A program made the translations under genes and the position numbers. The notes under the pieces were generated by a model. That model ran no database searches and was not told the origin of the DNA. It was given only the letters and a program-made list of their open reading frames with translations. A stretch of DNA of 64,000 nucleotides from Chrysomallon squamiferum (Eukaryota > Animalia > Mollusca): positions 14,694,001-14,758,000 of the forward strand of contig CM022666.1 of NCBI GenBank assembly GCA_012295275.1. The letters are read 5' to 3'. Below, in pieces: positions 54,502 through 64,000 of this stretch. Each line of letters begins with the position of its first letter. Positions within the stretch are counted from its first letter, which is position 1.

Positions 54502-55787
54502 AATTATCTAAAACAAGAAAATTGCTGACATGTCAGTCAAAGAGTAATGTAGAGAGAAATTTTATGTAAGTAACGATTTTTATTTACTTCTAAACATAAT
54601 ATTAATAATGATGATAATGTTGATAAAGACAACAATAACATTAAATAATGTATTAAAGAAACAAAAGTTTAATTATTTTTTTTTATATTGAAAGACAACA
54701 TTATAATAAAAAATTAAATAAATTATTTTAAAACGTCTGATTGATTTACTTACATGTTGTAATTAGAAAAACAAGTTTTAAAATTGTATTTGATTGTTAA
54801 TAGTTGTATAAGTGACAGTGCAGTTTGTAAAAATTAAATATTTAACAACATATTTTATTTTCACAGTGACAACAATGAAGTTTGCAGAAATGTTGGGAGG
54901 AATGTTGTAAAGAAAATACGGAATTAATTAACAGAAGAAAACCATAATGGAGACAGGATGAAAGTTATGATGGAGTAACAAGTGACATAAGTTTTAGAGA
55001 AAACAAATGTTACATTTGGGAAAGTGAAATAACCTGTCACATTTTGAAATGTGCAAAACTGAATAAAGTAGCAGCTCAGACTGGAGTCTGTGTGGAGGGA
55101 CACTGCGATGAGGAACTTCAAATAGCTGGAAATAAACATGCTTGTTTTGTTTCTTTTTTATTAGCTCTAAAATACACAGAAAAATGTGAAAGTCCACTGT
55201 ATGACTACAGTAAAAAAAAACCCAAAAAAACCCACACTAGTCCACACATCACTTACACTAACGCTAGACAAAGAAACTTGATGTCTGTTTGTAATGAATA
55301 CACATAATGAACCTGCTTGGTGTGAAGAAAACCAAAATGAAGACAGGATGAAAGTTATGAATGGAGTAACAGGTGACAGAGAAAACAAATGTTACATTTG
55401 GGAAAGTGAAATAACCTGTCACATTTTACAAAGTGCAGAACTGAATAAAGTAGCAGCTCAGATTGGAGTTTGTGAAGAGGGACCCTGTGATGAGGAAATT
55501 TTAATATCTACTAAGAAACATTCTTTGTGTGTTAATTTCTGTAGCTGTGAAGGAAGTGTAATAGTCCAGTGTGACTATAAAACAAACACACTAGTCCACA
55601 CATCACTTTACACCAGTACTAGACAGAGAAAGTAAAAAGCTACACATAACAAACACAGACACTAACACACTTGTGCACACACTGTGTTTGCTGTTTACAG
55701 TCCTACTTTGTTTGATGTGAAAGTGAAAATTTTACCTGATTTATCAAAGAATTCCACTTTGCTCAAACTGATCTCTTCTTTAATTGA
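54502..55787 (+). pseudogene. Broken TRIM-B exon 2 and doubled exon 3 copies (unit 3)
   Basis: Near-identical to units 1 and 2. The exon-2 copy is at 54502-54565 and exon-3 copy A starts at 54867. Confidence 0.88.
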
Positions 55788-56513
55788 ATGTTTGATACAA
55801 AATAAATAAATAAATAAATGTGATATTTTAAAACTGTTTTTGTTTTTATTGCTAAATCATATAAATGTATAATGTTCATGTGACAGTTGTCTTATTTTTT
55901 TATTCATTCCTACTTTGTTTCCTTCCTTATATTTACTATTATATTTTTATTTTATTTATTTAATTCTTTATTTTAGGTTCTTCACTCTTTCCTGTATTCT
56001 ATCATTCACCTAGGTATTACTATTTTTTTTTTTCATTTATTTTGTTATTCCTAACTTTTTCATTCCTTCATTCTTTCCTTTCTGTATTGTGTTAGTTCTT
56101 TCTTTTTTCTTTCCCATTGTTCTCTAAGCTTGTATTACATTAATTGTTTCAGATGTTGAAAAATTACTGACTTACAAATTCTATATAGTAATTGTTAGAG
56201 ATGCATCATTGTGTGGCAAAATCTGAAACATTCATATTTTTAATTCTCTTGCAATGGTTATTTTTATTTATTTACTGACATATACTGACATAGTTATCCA
56301 GCATGTAACATATTATGCACTGTTTTGTGTTTTGTTTTTTAAAGTTTTCTTTTTCTTCTTAATTTTTAATTTTTAATTAATTAATTAATTTTTTTGATGG
56401 GTTGCTTCCTTATTTCCATCCATTTTGATTCCTTTAGTGGTTCATTTAAGCTTCTTGACTGAATTGTTTGTAAATTATTGATGACAACAGTCATTACCAT
56501 CTTTATCACAGTC

Positions 56514-56565
<52 letters not shown>

Positions 56566-56891
56566 AATTTTATATTTCAAGAGTTTAAAAATTAATAGTA
56601 ATAGTTTACTGCATTTAAAAAAAGAGTTATAATAATAATGAACATCCTATATACATCTTACATTGCTACATATTATTTTTTGTTATTATTCCATATTTAT
56701 ATTGCACCTTTTCCATACTAAGTAAGTTAAAGGATTCTGTGTACAGTGTAAACTAATAAACTAAAATATTAAAATAAATGTAAACATAATGGTGAACATG
56801 TTAAAATGGTGATCAACACTGTATAACAATTAACAGACTAGCCTGAACATTTTAGAATTGGAAAAATAAAACAACTGTATATTGACAAAGT

Positions 56892-57058
56892 GGATTTGAA
56901 AGAAATGGGTCTTTAGTAGCGTTTTAAATGTAGTTTCAGCCTTCTTGTTACTTAGCTCAGATTATGGAGCTCAGACCTTGATGTTATTTGGGAGTGAGTT
57001 CCACAAAGTTGATGCAACAAACCTGAAATATCTCTAGCCATATGTAGTTCTTAATGGT
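56892..57058 (-). mobile_element. L2/CR1-group LINE 3' fragment (unit 3)
   Basis: Copy of 42590-42757. Confidence 0.72.
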
Positions 57059-57875
57059 GACAATAAAATTGACTACTGCAGTTATTTCCCTTCGACTACA
57101 TTTTCACGACACAGTACTACATATACAAGTGAAAAGCTGATATAGGTTTAATCTGCAGTGTATTTATTTCATTTTATTATTTTTCTTTTCTCTTCTTTTT
57201 TCTTTTTCTTTTCTTTTTATTGTTTTGTTACTCTCGGTGACCAGTGTCCCAACAAGCACATAATTATTTACATTTCCACTAATACTAACATAAATACATC
57301 GACTCGCATTCTTCACGGTAAAGCCATTATACATATATATTTTTTATTTTGTTAATTAGTACTGGAAATGGCAGAAGCTAGAACTGAAAATTATATTTTA
57401 TATCAATATATTGATATGTATATATTAGCATTTTGTAATGACTGCAAGAAACACCAAAGTTCGGGCTATTTTATATAATAATTATAATCTGAGATAATTA
57501 AAAGAAATACCAGTAATATTAAAATTATTTTAATTAATTTTATTTGAAAAATTTGTAATTAATATATAAATGAATAAATAAAAGTCCAATTCATAAAAAA
57601 TAAATAAGTAAATAAGTAAATAAATAAAATAATAAACGGACGGATTTGGAACGAACATGTAGCGGGAAAATATACTGTTTGTTTATTTATTACATTTTAA
57701 GTTGAAATATCCACCCCATGACTCAGACATGTTTTTCATCCTTAAAAAACAGTCCATTGTTTTTATCCATAAATGTAACACATTTAAAACTACATTCCTG
57801 TTTCGACTAATTTCATTCATGTCAGTCTGAGTTTGCATTTTAACATCCGGGTCATTTACAGTTGTCATAACAAAA

Positions 57876-61491
<3,616 letters not shown>

Positions 61492-61689
61492 TAGATATTT
61501 ATTTAATATACAGATTTATCATTACTTTTATTACAGGTATGTACACCTGTTTAATATACAGACTAATTGTTGTTATTATAGGTACGTTCACCTGCTTAAT
61601 ATACAGATTTTTTTATTATTGCAGACAAACATACTATAGCTATATAAAGAGAAAATATCTAAGAGAAATACTTGAGAGAAAGAAACCCT

Positions 61690-61920
61690 AGTTAGCTGCT
61701 TAGTTTATTTAAAAATCACAGACATGCTCCAGTAAGTGAATTAATCTTGGTGAATTTACAAAACATTTTAAACGATTTTTGTGCTTACATTGATAACTCT
61801 TCTTATATATATTAATATATACCTGTAATGATTCAGATTGTATCTACCCTGAGTTATGACCCAGTTACTGAAGAAGAAATTATGTATGTTATAAAGAGTT
61901 TGCAAAAATTCTTGGAAAAG
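61690..61920 (+). mobile_element. Possible highly degenerate non-LTR retrotransposon fragment in an ANKRD42 intron
   Basis: Translates in part to 'DSDCIYPEL / DPVTEEEIMYVIKSL', resembling the linker that precedes LINE RT domains. Confidence 0.35.
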
Positions 61921-62199
61921 TTTTGTTTTATACCAAGTCAGTGGAAAAATTACCTCTAAAGACAAATAGACTATCAATAATAACATAATTCAAGTGGTTA
62001 TTGTCTTAGATAAATGTTAAATTACAATGATAAAATAACAAAAACTCAACAATGGACTGCTTTGCAAGGCAGAAAAACCATTGGTTATATTCTAAAACCA
62101 TGTAATAATCACTCACTTTTTACAGTTAAATGTTTTTGATACTTGTATATAAAGTGTATTAATTTGTGATTGTCAAGTATGGAGTTTTGACCCAGCTCA

Positions 62200-63490
62200 C
62201 GGTGGTGTACTAAAGTGTATGCTGGGTGTATAGTAGTTTATAATGGATGTACTGTAGTGTATGGTGGGTGTACTGTAGTTTATGGTGGGTGTACTGTAGT
62301 TTATGGTGGGTGTACTACAGTTTATGGTTGGTGTACTATAGTGTATTGTTGGGTTACTGTAGTGTAGGGTGGTGTCCAATAGTGTATGGTATATGTACTA
62401 CAGTTTATGGTTGGTGTACTATAGTGTATGGTATGTGTACTACAGTTTATGGTGGGTGTACTATAGTGTGTGGTATGTGTACTACAGTTTATGGTGGGTG
62501 TACTATAGTGTATGGTGGGTATACTACAGTTTATGGTTGTACTATAGTGTATGGTTGGTGTACTATAGGTTATTGTTGGGTGTACTATAGTGTAGGTAGG
62601 TGTGCTATAGTTTATTGTTGGGTTTACTTAAGTTTATAGTGTGTGTAATTTAGTTTATGATGGGTGTACTATAGTGTATGGTGGGTATACTAAAGTTTAT
62701 TGTTGGGTGTAGTGTAGGGTGGGTGTACTATAGTTTATTGTTGGGTTTACTATAGTTTATGGTGGGTGTACTATAGTTTGTGGTTGGTGTACTGTAATTT
62801 ATTGTTGGGTGTACTGTAATTTATGGTGGGTGTACTGTAGTGTACAGTACGTGAACTATAGTTTGTTGTTGGATGTACTGTAGTTTATGGTGGGATACTG
62901 CAAGTTATGGTGGGTGTACTATAGTTGTGGGTGGGAGTACTGTAGTTTATGGTGTATGTACTTTAGTTTATGGTTGGTGTACTATAGTGTAGGGTGGGTA
63001 TACTATAGTTTATTGTTGGGTGTACTATAGTGTAGGGTGGGTGTACTATAGTTTATTGTTGGGTGTACTGTAGTTTATTGTTGGGTGTACGATAGTGTAG
63101 GGTGGGTGTACTGTAGTTGATGGTGTGTGCTTTAGTGTATGATGGGTATACTACAGTTTATTGTTGGGTGTACTGTAGTGTAGAATGGGTGTACTATAGT
63201 TTATTGTTAGGTTTACTATAGTTTATGCTGGGTGTACTATAGTGTATGGTGGGTGTACTATAGTGTACGATGGGTATACTATAGTTTATGATGGGTGTAC
63301 TATAGTTTATGATGGTTATGCTATACTGTATGGTGGGTGTACTATAGTGTACGATGGGTATACTATAGTTTATGATGGGTGTACTATAGTTTATGATGGT
63401 TATGCTATACTGTATGGTGGGTGTACTATAGTTTATTGTTGGCTGTACTATAGTTTATGGTTGGTGTACTGTAGTGTATGGTGGGTGTGA
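62200..63490. repeat. 21-bp GT-rich minisatellite (consensus ~GGTGGGTGTACTATAGTTTAT), ~60 copies
   Basis: Directly visible degenerate tandem array, with a higher-order 84-bp duplication near 63248-63415. Confidence 0.95.
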
Positions 63491-64000
63491 TGGAAGACTC
63501 TTCCGCTTGTAAATGTCACTTGACTGTTGATTTTATCTGCCTAATTAACAAAGACTGGGAACTGGAGATTAATTATCACCTTGGGAGTGCTTGGTGTTAT
63601 GTGCTCATGTTCCACAGATTGATCTGGCGACAAAATTCATAACATATTGGCAAGTAACACAATTCCCTTTAATTTCTTAATAAATGTCCGGAGATATTTT
63701 TTGTTAGGGGGAGAACTGTCAAATGATTTCCATGGAATGGTTGCTGTCCCATAACGCACGTGGTAACTAGTTATTTATGTATTTGGTGTTTTCATTGTAT
63801 TAACCCATATGTGATAGATGTGACAGATTAAAACATTTCTATTCATCTATATTAGTCTTTACTCCTATACTGAATGTTCACCGCTAGTGTGGATACAGTT
63901 TTTCAGAAGAGTAATATGTTTGTTGTGGTCCAGTGTACAAAAAGATGAAATGGCAGTTATAATATATTGCATACGTAGATCCCGTATTGGATACCCCTAG

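Larger units (their letters stand above)
36021..57215 (+). repeat. Three tandem ~7 kb segmental duplication units
   Basis: The anchor 'tggtccattgttagtaaaatgctcag' lies at 36021, 42951 and 50096 (spacing 6930 and 7145). The units carry near-identical ORF sets. The third unit ends in the TTTC tract at ~57215. Confidence 0.97.

Noticed and set aside
62197-63490. Regular 21-bp array and its ORFs (YGGCTIV repeats); superficially CRISPR-like
   Set aside because: Head-to-tail degenerate units with no unique spacers, no cas genes and a eukaryotic intron context: a minisatellite.
63490-64000. Complex sequence after the minisatellite as ANKRD42 exon 8 or a TE
   Set aside because: The expected 'AAGQGH' exon was not found and no TE motif was recognisable.

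Overview
This is AT-rich, microsatellite-laden animal genomic DNA, probably from a mollusc (inferred from gene and repeat content). In order it contains: (i) a pseudogenised TRIM gene (RING-BB1-BB2-coiled coil-filamin-like, with a degenerate last exon) at 3.7-7.1 kb; (ii) a compact ~4 kb virus-like or rolling-circle element at 10.3-14.3 kb, with a decayed, apparently spliced HUH/parvovirus-NS1-like Rep gene, two convergent orphan ORFs, no recognisable capsid or helicase, and a CpG-rich right end finishing in a Helitron-like hairpin; (iii) an intact 5-exon SLC16/MCT transporter gene; (iv) an intact 3-coding-exon TRIM gene with a Cys-rich B30.2/SPRY-like terminal exon; (v) three ~7 kb tandem units, each with an I/Nimb-type LINE fragment interrupted by a Buster-type hAT element, broken copies of the TRIM 3' exons and an L2 tail; and (vi) the first seven exons of ANKRD42, followed by a 21-bp minisatellite. 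The best candidate for something undescribed is the 10.3-14.3 kb element. All calls come from reading and translating by eye; no database searches were run.
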